A DNA stretch of 64,000 nucleotides from the NCBI GenBank assembly GCA_946965045.2, contig OX337236.1, positions 186,001 to 250,000 of the forward strand, written 5' to 3'. Within the stretch, counting starts at the first letter, position 1, and every line of letters starts with the position of its first letter. Origin of the DNA: Epithemia pelagica. Taxonomy: Eukaryota > Protista > Bacillariophyta. Below the pieces are notes generated by a model. The model was not told the origin of the DNA. It saw nothing but the letters and a program-made list of their open reading frames with translations, and did not search any database. This document shows, piece by piece, positions 11,801 to 22,066 of the stretch. The translations under genes were made by a program, and so were the position numbers.

Positions 11801-12107
11801 GCCAAACACTCCAGTTGGAGCAATTTCGACCACCCGGAGGAATACGACGACTCCCCTCTTGTTGTTGCTTTTCCTGCTGTTGTTGATGTTGTTCTTTTGG
11901 TTGCAAGACTTGTCTTGGACGATACAAGGAGGACGATTCGTCACTCGCAGAGTGTCGCGGCAACAGCAGTGAGTTCTTGTCCTTGTCGTATGGACGACCA
12001 CCATTGGGGTGGTGGGAAAATGTATGGTAGTTGTAGTAATAGTTGTTGTTGGTGGTTTCGGTAGACTGGTCTGATTCCTCGTCTGACGGAACCACTGGAG
12101 CACTCAT
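8820..12107 (-). CDS. Beta-galactosidase, glycoside hydrolase family 35, with N-terminal membrane anchor
   Basis: 1095-aa intronless ORF with GGSMHPSR, LYVFWSAHQP, VRVGPYTCAEYSYGGLPAW, AQIENE (acid/base Glu), LWTE (nucleophile), YYMWWGGSN and GRGHFWLNGHDLGRYW. TM VWLWSSVAFLFLCW near the N-terminus. Confidence 0.93.
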   Translation of the reverse strand: MSAPVVPSDEESDQSTETTNNNYYYNYHTFSHHPNGGRPYDKDKNSLLLPRHSASDESSSLYRPRQVLQPKEQHQQQQEKQQQEGSRRIPPGGRNCSNWSVWLWSSVAFLFLCWRASWLGLPRLFEPESWFGSVASDVVPPRGAHGWWPSLADAATPFLRQSFRSETDTVVESKIPRLDHNNKNNNTKRVTDGLVSYLEFAGAPLNVSYNARALLVNGQPVLLVGGSMHPSRAAGSREEWEHALDHAVDHGLNLITLYVFWSAHQPYGPDDQAWNWTLSDTTAWELADAIQSCAVRGLFVHVRVGPYTCAEYSYGGLPAWIGVQYPNIRLRRMDPTWLQLMERYIQEVTAYLTHHNLWAHQGGPILVAQIENELGQGDTGGFMVQNKNTTNSHYGDDDPGMSSSTRNEIQDYADWCGDLVQRVAPEPIVWTMCNGASANNTIETYNGDFGALDWLARHGDNGYIQVNQPALWTELEQGYQVWGETPDRPVDYFWGHTARTTARLVLQWVARGGRHFNYYMWWGGSNTGTQAAAGILQAYATDAMVCPSGEARQPKFGHLQTLHHVVASVATVLLHTTAQSLPLPVYDAETDTWRTGSDQVAFVYDNGNTSLQQQQQQDLFASDPSIREVLFVENNAEATVLVQLPPSHPLDNDKSRTRTLTPYSAVLLVNRNVVFASDTIAKEAMAFSRTTVPLPTTTTTNVPTNRKSPVSVEERFLSSSSDMGEQGWLQWSSSWREPVVMVDTTLDCQQEAFLSRAAVEQTALLYQQYNTTNHRPRRLGQLSDYSWYSVAFTLDHDMEHVTLVMETDKATALVVYLNGTFQGSVNNHQHEEGTISQHVLFLSCMVLSAGYHHDVTILAESLGYHNLIGRWGGSVTAKHKGLVGAVTLVNRVTNQTVSLVSENNHNKDETKKNSPPLWCSLAGLAGERNGLFMDNNWTNNNNKRYPPLPVTASEDGPLWQKALFETPLLQKDHQYLYLHVTQGRGHFWLNGHDLGRYWNITRTDKDHFPIGTKPTTATAQYSQQYYHLPRGLLRKDGRFNELVLVNVLAPSVLEQTLYQEPDNPPFAARLVMSWVEPSLNHSFDDEVGFADSCLL

Positions 12108-12722
12108 TATCCTCCCAAAAAGTCTTATTGTTGGGACAGTCGAATTAGGAATGTACAGTGCTGGTTAATGCTTGCATCCTTTCTCGTCCTTTGGTGGGAA
12201 AGAAAGAGAGATACGAATAGAGCTGACAACTCTGTCCGTGTGGTTGTGATTCGTTGCTTGATCGGCAATCGGCAAAGCGTTTGGATTTTGGATTTGATGT
12301 GTGGATGTGTGGAGGGAAAAGATCTACAAGATATATATCTTTTTTGCACGCCCGCCTGCGCCACTCGCGCTCGCGGGGATTCTATACTCTACAAAGTCTG
12401 ATAGCTACCCCTAAGCGAAATCTCTAACAACCTCCTCTAGCTGCTCCAAGTTCTCCTAAGGTTACATCCAGAAAGACAACAAGATAACACAACGATAAAG
12501 CGATGACTCTGAAAAACCACAGTGATGACGAGGGAAGAGCAGCCTTTAGGAGTATCCGCAGCATAAGAGGGATCGTCCACAGGCTTCTGAAACGGAAGTA
12601 AGAACGGATCGATCGAGTCCCATCGGATGAAAGGCGACCAAAGGTTCACGATCAGACGACACTTTCCCCCACGCAAGAAAACCTTTTGGGGCGGACTTTT
12701 TTGGTTCATTTTTTTTTGTTTG

Positions 12723-13865
12723 ATGAGAGAGGTAACACGACGAACGACAGGTACTTGAAGAAGCATTGTCTTGTGCTGGTCGTACACTGCTGGCCTTTGG
12801 GTGTTGTTGTGGTCCAAGGCAACGATTGTCACCGTATTAGCCGTCCAATTAATGTCCGAGGAGACTCCTGCCAACGAGTTGGAGGACCCATCCACAACAC
12901 CCGTGCTACTGGATGACCTCAAACAACAAGACGCCGAAAAAGAAGACGACAAACAACGACCCGTTTTGCCAAAACACACTCTGGAATCACACGAACCACT
13001 CGTAACCACCACCGACACTACGAGTGCGACCAAAACGACGACAACAACTACAGCAGCAACCACCACGACGCTTGCCAGTACTGCTGCTGTTCTCGAGGCA
13101 GAGGATTTCTGTCAGACCTATTCCAACTGTCATGACTGTACAACTGCCACTGCTTTGAATACGTCGTCATCGTCTCGACTACCGAGTCATCATTCTTCTT
13201 CTTCGTGTCACTGGTGTGCCCATGACAATGCCTGTCATGCCGTGGGCAGTGTCTACGGCTGTGTGTCGGGCGTTCACTGCATGGCGCATCCCTCCTGTCA
13301 ACGCCCGGTTCCCGAACCACTGGCCAATTCCACGGCCAATATGGATGACGATCAAGATCCCATTTTCACCGTTCCCGAGTACACGGTGTGCAACGACAAG
13401 GTGGCCTGGGATGCCATTGTGCAGGCCTGGACGAATGCTACCACCACATCACTCTCGACCGATACACAGCTATTAATCTCGGTCGTCAATACCAACATTT
13501 TGGACCTGGAAGTAGTAGAAGCTCAGGATGGTCGTCCGGGCACACTTCTCCATCATCACGAAACGGCCATCGGAACCATGGGCCTGCCCTCCGCGGGGAC
13601 TGTGTTTCCCGCACAATCCGTGACGGATGTCTTGGTCATGGTCCACTGGACCCTTCGACCCACTCAAGTCCAGAGCCTCGCGAACGACTATGCCCAAGGG
13701 ACACTGATGTTGCAGGTCGACACCCTGAATTGTCCCATGCGTATCGTGGACGAACGAGCAGATGGTGAAGTCTATGACATGATGCTCCCATCCCTCGTGG
13801 TCCAAGTCAATGACTTGTCCGATCGTCACACTTGTCTCTGCCCTTCGTGGATTCCCAGTCAATAA
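12723..13865 (+). CDS. Secreted PSI(plexin-like Cys-rich)-domain + LEA_2-like protein; probable start disrupted by TGA 12756-12758
   Basis: CQTYSNCHDCT...CHWCAHDNACHAVGSVYGC and C-terminal PEYTVCNDKVAW...LISVVN...VNDLSDRHTCLCPSW align by eye with the 35896-37680 gene. ATG 12723 is in frame but followed by a stop at codon 12; the next ATG (12852) lies after the hydrophobic leader. Confidence 0.7.
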
Positions 13866-13974
13866 ACAAAAGAACAAGAAGAACAACTCTCAATGGTGAT
13901 ACACATGCTCTCGACAAGTTCATTCACGACCCATCACATTTACGGGGATGCATGCAAGAATTATTATATTATTA

Positions 13975-15501
13975 TTATACCAATACAGAAACCAAACCAA
14001 CCACCAGAGCTACGATTCCAAACAAGATGAATCGAATGGCCAAGACAAACTCTCGCATGGTTGGGCGAATCATACCATTGAGGCCTGAGTACGACACCTC
14101 CGTTCCAGAGGCACGGAGCTGCAAGGCACCTGTTTCCGCAATAAAACACCACACTGGCATGCCGGAAAGGTACCAACAAATGCATCCAAGGAAACCGCTC
14201 GGAGGTGAGATTGGACCCATATTATTATTATTATTGTTGGGCACAACGGACCGAAGCAAAGGTTGGGACTCCGCGTCGTAGCCCTCCGTCGCTTGTCCAC
14301 CAGCGAACATGCTCAAGAAGGCTTCTCCGTGGCACCCCAAATACAACATTCCGGGTCCAAAATAGGCCAATGAAGATGCAGTGACAGTCCCCACAATGGA
14401 CAACACCAGTCCGACATCATTGGCCATTATGGCAGGGATAATAGAGGCATAGTAAATGACAACGGCCCAGGCGGCGTACTCCCTTGGGGATGGAGGAGTC
14501 GTTGGTGGCACATGACCAAACCACGAGGAAGCAATAGTACGTTGAAAACGCATACAAATAGGACGTGCCACAAAGGATTCGATTGGGTAGACCAACATCA
14601 TGTGAAAACCCAGTACAGCCGATGCTGCCTTGGTGATCCAGGAATCTTGATCCAGCGCTCTCAAAACATTTCCGGGAACATTCTCTCCAAAGGCCAAATA
14701 TCCTCCCACACCACACAAGACCGTGAGCGCTCCCGACAAGAGCATGGTCCACATGCTTACCATGGACCAACGCTGCACGGTCGGTCGTTCCAGACTATCT
14801 GCCACGAAAAAGGCCGAATGTTGACACACAAAGGCCACGGCAAATACACCCAATCCAACAAACAGAGTGTTCCAGTGAACGAGGTTGTCCTTGGATGTAA
14901 CAATTGTGACCATGCCACCCGAATCATCCACCGATTCTTGAATGGGTGCCACATAGAGTATCATGGCCACAATCGAAATGTCCATGAGAATCGAAATGGT
15001 TGAGGTTTTGGACAAATTCGCCATGTCTTTCTGACAACTGATTGGTAACACAATGACAATAGTCACGACCAGCAATATTGCGCCTTTTGTCCACATTCCA
15101 TCATCTTGGGCTTGGCAGAGAGTAGCCAGACTATCTTTGATGATAATGAGATAGATGACGGTACAACCATATGAAAGACTTAGCATGACCAACGACTGGT
15201 AAGTCTCTCCCCAAGGACCAAAAATCTTGCGCGCCAATTGCTCGCACGAAGGCACTTGTAATTGATGGCCGATTTGAATCAACATGCAGTTGGATACATG
15301 ATTCATCCAGATCAAAACCAACAACAACAAGACACCGGCTACTAAACCCGTCTTGGACAAGGCATAGGGTGTTCCCACGATGCCCGCACCGACAATAACA
15401 TTGGCGAAATTGACTACGGCACCAAAAATGGACGACTTTGGATCATTGTCCGCTTGAAGTACATGATTGGATCGCATCAAAGATAATATCGAAGATAACA
15501 T
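13975..15501 (-). CDS. Amino acid transporter (Aa_trans / SLC38A11-like), paralogue 1, intact
   Basis: 508 aa with AVVNFANVIVGAGIVGTPYAL, FAVAFVCQH, GGYLAFG and multiple TM helices. Confidence 0.92.
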   Translation of the reverse strand: MLSSILSLMRSNHVLQADNDPKSSIFGAVVNFANVIVGAGIVGTPYALSKTGLVAGVLLLLVLIWMNHVSNCMLIQIGHQLQVPSCEQLARKIFGPWGETYQSLVMLSLSYGCTVIYLIIIKDSLATLCQAQDDGMWTKGAILLVVTIVIVLPISCQKDMANLSKTSTISILMDISIVAMILYVAPIQESVDDSGGMVTIVTSKDNLVHWNTLFVGLGVFAVAFVCQHSAFFVADSLERPTVQRWSMVSMWTMLLSGALTVLCGVGGYLAFGENVPGNVLRALDQDSWITKAASAVLGFHMMLVYPIESFVARPICMRFQRTIASSWFGHVPPTTPPSPREYAAWAVVIYYASIIPAIMANDVGLVLSIVGTVTASSLAYFGPGMLYLGCHGEAFLSMFAGGQATEGYDAESQPLLRSVVPNNNNNNMGPISPPSGFLGCICWYLSGMPVWCFIAETGALQLRASGTEVSYSGLNGMIRPTMREFVLAIRFILFGIVALVVGLVSVLV

Positions 15502-15992
15502 ACTGAAGCTCGCTGCCAGACGATTTGACAGGCAGAAGATCGAAGAGAAAACAAGTCAATCTCGTACCGTTAGACAACTATCCAAACGCATGCAAGTTCC
15601 GACCTTTTTTCGCTTCAAACTGACCGTGGCGGATGCTCACCTTCTTTTGTATGGATTGTCTCGCTGGATTGCAACTTGCTTTTGAAGAGACGTCCGAAAG
15701 AAAAGAACGACCACTAAAGATATGGGGACGCACTCAACTGTTCGTACAACGGTGACTGGCTCAAGAATCCACCCTGTTCAGTGGTCCCCCGCTCTCCGGA
15801 TCTGTTTCACAGCAAATCATCACAGTCTTTCCTTCGTTGTAGCATCTTGTATCAAAGAGACCTTCTCACGCACAAAGAGGAACAATCTTCTAAATCATTT
15901 CCGGGAACTTTGCTCAACCGGGAAGGCGGAGAAATGAGTATTACAACATGTCAAATATCAGACAAGTGACTGCTGGACTGCCACCCACCACC

Positions 15993-16748
15993 CTGAGAAT
16001 TTGAAGAGAGAAAATTTTGGAATGTGTGGACCACAGCCATAAGAAAGAGAATGGAAGATTGAGTCTCACCCATCCACATTTTTTTAATCCGTTTGTGGTG
16101 ATCAGCCTCTATGACATATCATGTCTGAGATTTTGAAGAGAAAAGATCGGAATATGGGAATGTGTGGACCACAGCCAAAAGGGGAATGAAAGATCCTCTT
16201 GGATCCGTCTGTGGAGATTATCCTCGGCGACATATTATGTCTGAGAATTCAAAGAGAAGAGATCTGATTATGGGAATGTGTGGACCACAGCCAAAAGGGG
16301 AATGAAGATCCTTTTGGATCGATCAGACTCGGTGACATATCATTTCTGAGATTTTGAAGAGAAAAGATCGGAAGATGGGATTGTGTGGACCACGGCCAAA
16401 AAGGGACAGAAGCATTGAATGATTGCGACTTACGGATCCACATATGTTTGGATCCGATCGGCCTCTGCGACATATCATTTCTGAGATTTTGAAGAGAAAA
16501 GATCGGAAGATGGGATTGTGTGGACCACAGCCAAAAGGGGAATGAAGCATTGAATGATTGTGTCTTACGGATCCACATATGTTTGGATCCGTCGCCTTTG
16601 CGACATATCATTTCTGAGATTTTGAAGAGAAAAGATCGGAATATGGGAATGTGTGGACCACAGCCAAAAGGGGAATGAAAGATTATGCCTTACCGATCTA
16701 CATATTTTTGAATCCGTTTATGGTGGCCAGCTCTGTGACATATCATTC
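15993..16748. repeat. Tandem array of six 105-135-bp units with a conserved core and TGTGG-A-CCACA dyad
   Basis: Units start with CTGAGA at 15993, 16125, 16241, 16346, 16481 and 16614. Each has the core TGAAGAGAAAAGATCGGAA.ATGGGA.TGTGTGGACCACAGCCAAAAGGGGAATGAA (most degenerate in unit 1) and ends GACATATCAT. Confidence 0.95.
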
Positions 16749-17062
16749 TCCATTCATTGGTTGTTACCGTCAAATCAAGTAAGTTCACCATCCAACCATG
16801 GAGGAGTCTCCCTTTGTCAGGAATGTCTCAGGGTTTGCATTGAGCTGCCGAGATCATTTTTGCCTGTGTTCTTGCCGTTGTCAGCTTCATCCGATGACTC
16901 AGTCGTTCTGGAACGAACCACGTTAGAACGGGAAGCAAGCTTTCACACAGTAATTGCTATTCTCGCCATTTTGCTATCAAATTCATCCCGTCAATCTGTT
17001 CTAATGCCAACGTTTTCTATCGTAATGTTTTCTGCACATCTTTTGAGACAGAGCCATTCAGC

Positions 17063-18723
17063 ATGTCGGCAACATCATTTTCCAACGATCATGTGAATTC
17101 AGACAGTTCTTCGAATCGACCGAGAGGGCCCAAATCTTCCATTCCTGGTGCTGTGGTCAACTTTGCCAATGTCATTGTCGGGGCTGGTATTGTGGGAACA
17201 CCCTATGCCCTGTCCAAGACCGGCTTGCTAGCAGGTGTCATGTTACTCTTGGTTTGTGCGACAATGAACCATGTGTCAAATCGAATGTTGATCCAAACAG
17301 GGAACCTGTTGCGAGTAACCTCGTACGAGACATTATCGGAAACAGTCTTTGGCTCGGTTGGTCTCTTTTTCATGGCTCTTGTCATGTTGGTCAATGCATA
17401 TGGTTGTATGGTTTCCTATCTCATTCTCATCAAAGATAGTTTGGCGGCATTTTTTCACGTCGAGGAAGATGATACATGGATCAAAGCAGGTGTACTGTTT
17501 GTCGTTACTCTATTTATCTTGCTTCCGATTAGCTGTCAAGGGGATAAGACAAGCTTGGTCAAGTTCTCCAGCGTATCCATTCTCTTGGATATCAGTTTGG
17601 TGGTCTTGGTTTTGACTGTTGCTCCCATTCAAGAATCCATCGAAGAGTCGGGAGGTTTGATGACAATTGTTACATCCCCTGACAACCTAGTGCATTGGAA
17701 CACCATCTTTATTGGACTGGGCGTGTACTCCTTTGCCTTTGTGTGTCAACATGCGTCATTTCTCGTGTCGGACAGTATGGAACGACCCACACTGCAACGT
17801 TGGTCGCTGGTCAGTAAATTGACCATGATACTATCTGGAATCTTGACAATGACGTTTGGAATTGGGGGATATCTAGCCTACGGCGATACAGTGTCGGGTG
17901 ATATTTTGAAGCGGCTCCCACCCGATTCTTGGATCACCTCGGCGTGCTCGCTTGTTCTTGGTGTTCACATGATGTTGGTCTATCCCATGGAATCTTTTGT
18001 GGCCCGTCATATTTGTATGCTGTTTCGGCGTTTGTCACGCGGTGACTCAATCCGATCGCCCCACTTGAATCGCGTGTATCAAGCCCAGCACGAAAAGGGG
18101 AACCTGGCCTGGACTGTGGGACTCTATGGCGCCGCCATGATACCCACCATTTTGGTGGGAGATGTGGGTATAGTCTTGTCGATTGTGGGATCCATTACAG
18201 CCTCTACGTTGGCCTACCTTGCACCCGGCATGCTGTATCTGGGATGCCATGGGCAAACGTTTTTGAGGCTGGTACGTCCTCATGCATCTCCCCTTTTATC
18301 ACAAGCTTCTGGAGATACGGCAACTACTAATACGACCAGGGACTACCAAGGCAACGCGTCCGAGTCCCAACCATTGCTAGTTTCCGTTTCACGAGAACCA
18401 TGTCGACAACCACAACGGATCAAAGTCATCATGCTGGCATGGATGAGACTCGACGAGAGGACGGGACATTTTGTGTGTCCTGTATCCCTACTGGCAGTCT
18501 GAGCTGGTACCTTTTCGGCATGCCCTTGTGGTGTGGGATTGCGGAATGGGGTTCGGGGCAGTTGCGTGACTCGGGCAACGACGTGTCGTACAATGACGAC
18601 GACGACGACGACAATGGTGGCATGAATGTGCCAACCACGAGAGACTTTGGGGTGGCAATTGGATTCATGTTGTTTGGCATGCTAGCCTTGGTGGCTGGAT
18701 TGACTTCGGTATTCCTCGAATAG
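17063..18723 (+). pseudogene. Amino acid transporter paralogue 2 with a 2-nt frameshift near the 3' end
   Basis: ORF 17063..18502 is SLC38-like. The C-terminal TM region continues in frame 18400..18723 (MSTTTTDQS...FGVAIGFMLFGMLALVAGLTSVFLE). Against paralogue 3 (tca cgg acc atg), this copy reads tca cga GA acc atg, i.e. 2 extra nt at ~18395-18396. Confidence 0.8.
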
Positions 18724-19035
18724 CGGTTGTATGTATTCCGTACTAGAATTGGTTGTATCGACGAGAGGTCTCTTGTTTCTATAGATCTACGTATTACTAC
18801 TCCATGAGGAACAATTGTTCATGGTACTCAAAAGGATATCCGATTTTAATGTTCCACACAGAGCTCCACATTGCTGTATATCCTAGATATCATTTCCATC
18901 ATATGGGGGCCGGTGATAGACACAAGCTGCATTTCTAGAGAGACTGAGAATACCCATCGATCGCTTGTAGTTTTTTTGAATGCATGCGCGATATATAAAT
19001 ATTAGTAGTATCGTAGTATTCGAAAACGGCGTGTC

Positions 19036-21201
19036 TTACATGCGGGGCGACAAGCTGGAGAGATTGTGGTATCCACCGGCGGCGGCCACTTGGTGCTGGG
19101 AGGCCTGAAAGCTGCTGTCCATTTTATCTTGCAAATAGGAGTGACAGGCATCGGCGGCACCCCGTCCTTCGTGAATGGCCCAGACGACCAGGGATTGTCC
19201 CCGGCGACAATCGCCACAGGCAAAGACACCTTCGACATTGGTTCGGTAATCGCCATAGACGGCATGGACATTGTTGCGTTGATCGGTATCGACGCCAATT
19301 TCGGAAATGACATAGGATTCGGGTGAGACAAAGCCCATGGACAAGACGACCAAATCGCAGGGCCATTCTCGATCCGTCCCTTCCACCACCTTGGGTCCCT
19401 GTGCCGTGATTTCGACATCTTGTGTGACCAGGGCCTTGACATTGCCATCGTCGTCACCGATAAATTCCTTGGTCATGACCGAGTAGACACGGGGATCCTT
19501 GCCAAAGACGGCTTGGACTTCGGCGTGGCCATAGTCCACACCAAAGACGCGGGGCCATTGCGGCCAGGGATTGTCGGGCGCACGTTCCATGGGTGGTTGC
19601 GGCATGAGTTCAAAATTGGTGACCGACTTGCATCGATGACGCATACTGGTTCCGAGACAATCCGTTCCGGTATCACCTCCACCAATGACAATGACATCCT
19701 TCCCCTCGGCCGTAATAAAGTGATCCTTTTCCCATTTGGATTCCAATGTCCCTTCCTTGGTCATGAGCAGTCGTTTCTGGTTGGCTGTCAAAAACTCCTA
19801 TATACGTGCGAATGTAGGTATTCGACCATACCAATAGCAAGCACAAGCAAGCAAATAAAGACAGATACAAAGAGGGTGAGGGTCCGTTCTTCCACCAAGG
19901 ATAGTTTCACAACAACAACAACAACATACCATGGCAAAATGAACTCCCTTGAGTTCTCGTCCGGGCACGGGCAAATCTCGTGGTTTGGTCGCTCCCATAC
20001 ACAAGACGAGGGCATCGTTGTTGGCGCGCAATTCATTGACATCGACCGTGACCCCAATATCGGCATTCGTGACAAATTCAATGCCTTCTTCTTGCAACAA
20101 ATCGACGCGACGTTGGACCGTTTCCTTTTCCAATTTCATATTGGGAATGCCGTACATGAGCAATCCGCCAATGCGATCGGCGCGTTCGTACACCGTCACC
20201 TTGTGTCCCATTTGATTGAGTTGATCGGCACAGGCCAATCCGGCGGGACCGGATCCCACCACGGCCACCGTCATGCCGGTACGTTCCTTGGGGATGTGAG
20301 GGGTAATCCATCCATTTTTCCAAGCCTCATCGACAATGGAATATTCAATGTGTTTAATGGCCACGGGCGAATCAATCAAACCAGCGACGCACGAGCCTTC
20401 GCAGGGCGCTGGACACACGCGGCCGGTAAACTCGGGAAAGTTGTTGGTCTTGTGCAACCGGTCAATGGCTTCTTGCCATTGATCGTTGTAGACGAGATTG
20501 TTCCATTCCGGAATGAGATTGTTGACGGGACAGCCCGTGTGCGTTTGACAAAAGGGCGTGCCGCAGTCCATGCACCGAGCTGCCTGGACCTTTTTTTCCA
20601 TGGGAGTGTGCGTATACTCGTGGCCTTCGACGGGATTCAATTCTTCCCAATCCAACACACGCTCCAGTGGCTTTCGGTACGGCTCGGGGTTGCGCTCGTA
20701 ATTCAAAAATCCACGAAGCTTTTCGACCGACGCGTACGAACCATCTCGTCGTTTGACTCTGCACCACAAGCGAGTGGTGGTTGTGATTGTGTTTTTTGTT
20801 GTGGAGAATAAGCAAGAGGACGAACATTTGGATAGTGTTGGAGTGGATATGGGAATGATTTTTGGTTGTAGATTGTATGAGGAATGGCAAAATGAGAGAA
20901 GCACAAGAGCAGGCAAGAGACAAACAAACAAACCATGAGCAAAAGTGCAATACAGAAACACACACTCTTGTTTGTCATCCTCCACAACAGCAGTAGCAAC
21001 ACACACGTACTTTGGTTCATTGTCATGATCGTAAATATCTTCTCTCCACAATTCATGGCGTCCATCGGTGCCAATCGGTCCCTTGCCTGCTTGCGAGGCA
21101 CCCTTGATATGTTTGGTACTGGTACTAAAGACGGCCGTCATGGCTCGTTGTTGGTGGAGCCTTCTCCCAACCGACAATTGCAGCGACGAGGATGACAACA
21201 T
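19036..21201 (-). CDS. gltD: Glutamate synthase NAD(P)H small (beta) subunit, organelle-targeted, 3 exons: 21201-21011, 20758-19930, 19797-19036
   Basis: Fe-S motifs [22 protein letters not shown] and [14 protein letters not shown], plus [19 protein letters not shown] and [25 protein letters not shown] introns 21010-20759 and 19929-19798 give a 1782-nt frame (EPK|VKRRDG; HFAM|EFLTANQ). Confidence 0.93.
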
Positions 21202-21439
21202 GATGATGATGATGATGACAATGAGGATGACACCGAAATGCCAGATTTGACTGGATTGTGGATTGTTCGGGTCGGCACAGCACAACAACAACAACAATGA
21301 ACAACAACTGACGAGAGGGAAAGGAGAGAATGTGGAAGGGAAAATGCACCGCGTCCGCAAACCTCCTTTCTTTGTTCGTCGGTTTTGTGGGGTTTGTGAT
21401 GGGGCCGAAGAAAAGTACGTACGGCGCCGACGAAAAGTA

Positions 21440-21745
21440 CCGTAAATAGCGGAACTTAAGAACCACCAAATGTCAGAAAACCACCAAATGTCCTCATTTC
21501 GGGCAAAATGGTTCTTATCTTCCGCAATATAACAAAAGGGTGACCCCTGAAAATTTTCTTATATCTCCCCTTTATTGTTCTTAAAATTCGGGGGGGAACT
21601 GTTCACATCTCTTTGGAATAGGGGGTGGGGGATGCATGTGCACCTAAAACACTAGGTAGTGGGAAGTGGGGGTGAAGGGACATGTCCGACAAAATGACCA
21701 AAGTGGTTCTTATAAGCGGTGGTTCTTAAGTTCCGCTATTTACGG
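21440..21745. mobile_element. MITE, Tc1/mariner(pogo)-type, 306 bp, non-autonomous
   Basis: Perfect 28-bp TIR CCGTAAATAGCGGAACTTAAGAACCACC (21440-21467; reverse complement at 21718-21745), TA on both sides (21438-39, 21746-47), subterminal AACCACCAAATGTC/TGGTTCTTA repeats and no ORF. Confidence 0.93.
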
Positions 21746-22066
21746 TAGTCTATAATACTAGAGGATGTACAATGTGACGTCATTTTTAATATGGCCTCTT
21801 GAGGTCCACGTCACATATACTATTGCCTACATGTCCTCGGACATCTGACTGTCCAATCTTGCACTTGCAACCCGGAAGCATCGGCATCACTCACAGATTT
21901 GGAGAAATTCTCGATTTTTGGAACGGATGAATGGTGCTGGATTGCTGCAACTGCAACAGCCCTCTTCGTTTGGTGAGTAGAAGCAATACGAAATTGACAG
22001 ATTCGTGTGAGAGATCGAAGGGCAACAACAACAACAAGTATCATTTGTGGACCAGGAACCATCACC

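Noticed and set aside
12437-12700. Bromodomain-like words (PFLLPFQKPVDDPSY) on the minus strand
   Set aside because: Only a short resemblance; the other bromodomain helices and the conserved Asn are absent.
15993-16748. CRISPR array interpretation
   Set aside because: The repeated core is ~65 bp and degenerate, the variable parts are related to each other, there are no cas genes, and the context is eukaryotic.
19420-20811. 463-aa plus-strand ORF
   Set aside because: Antisense shadow of gltD.
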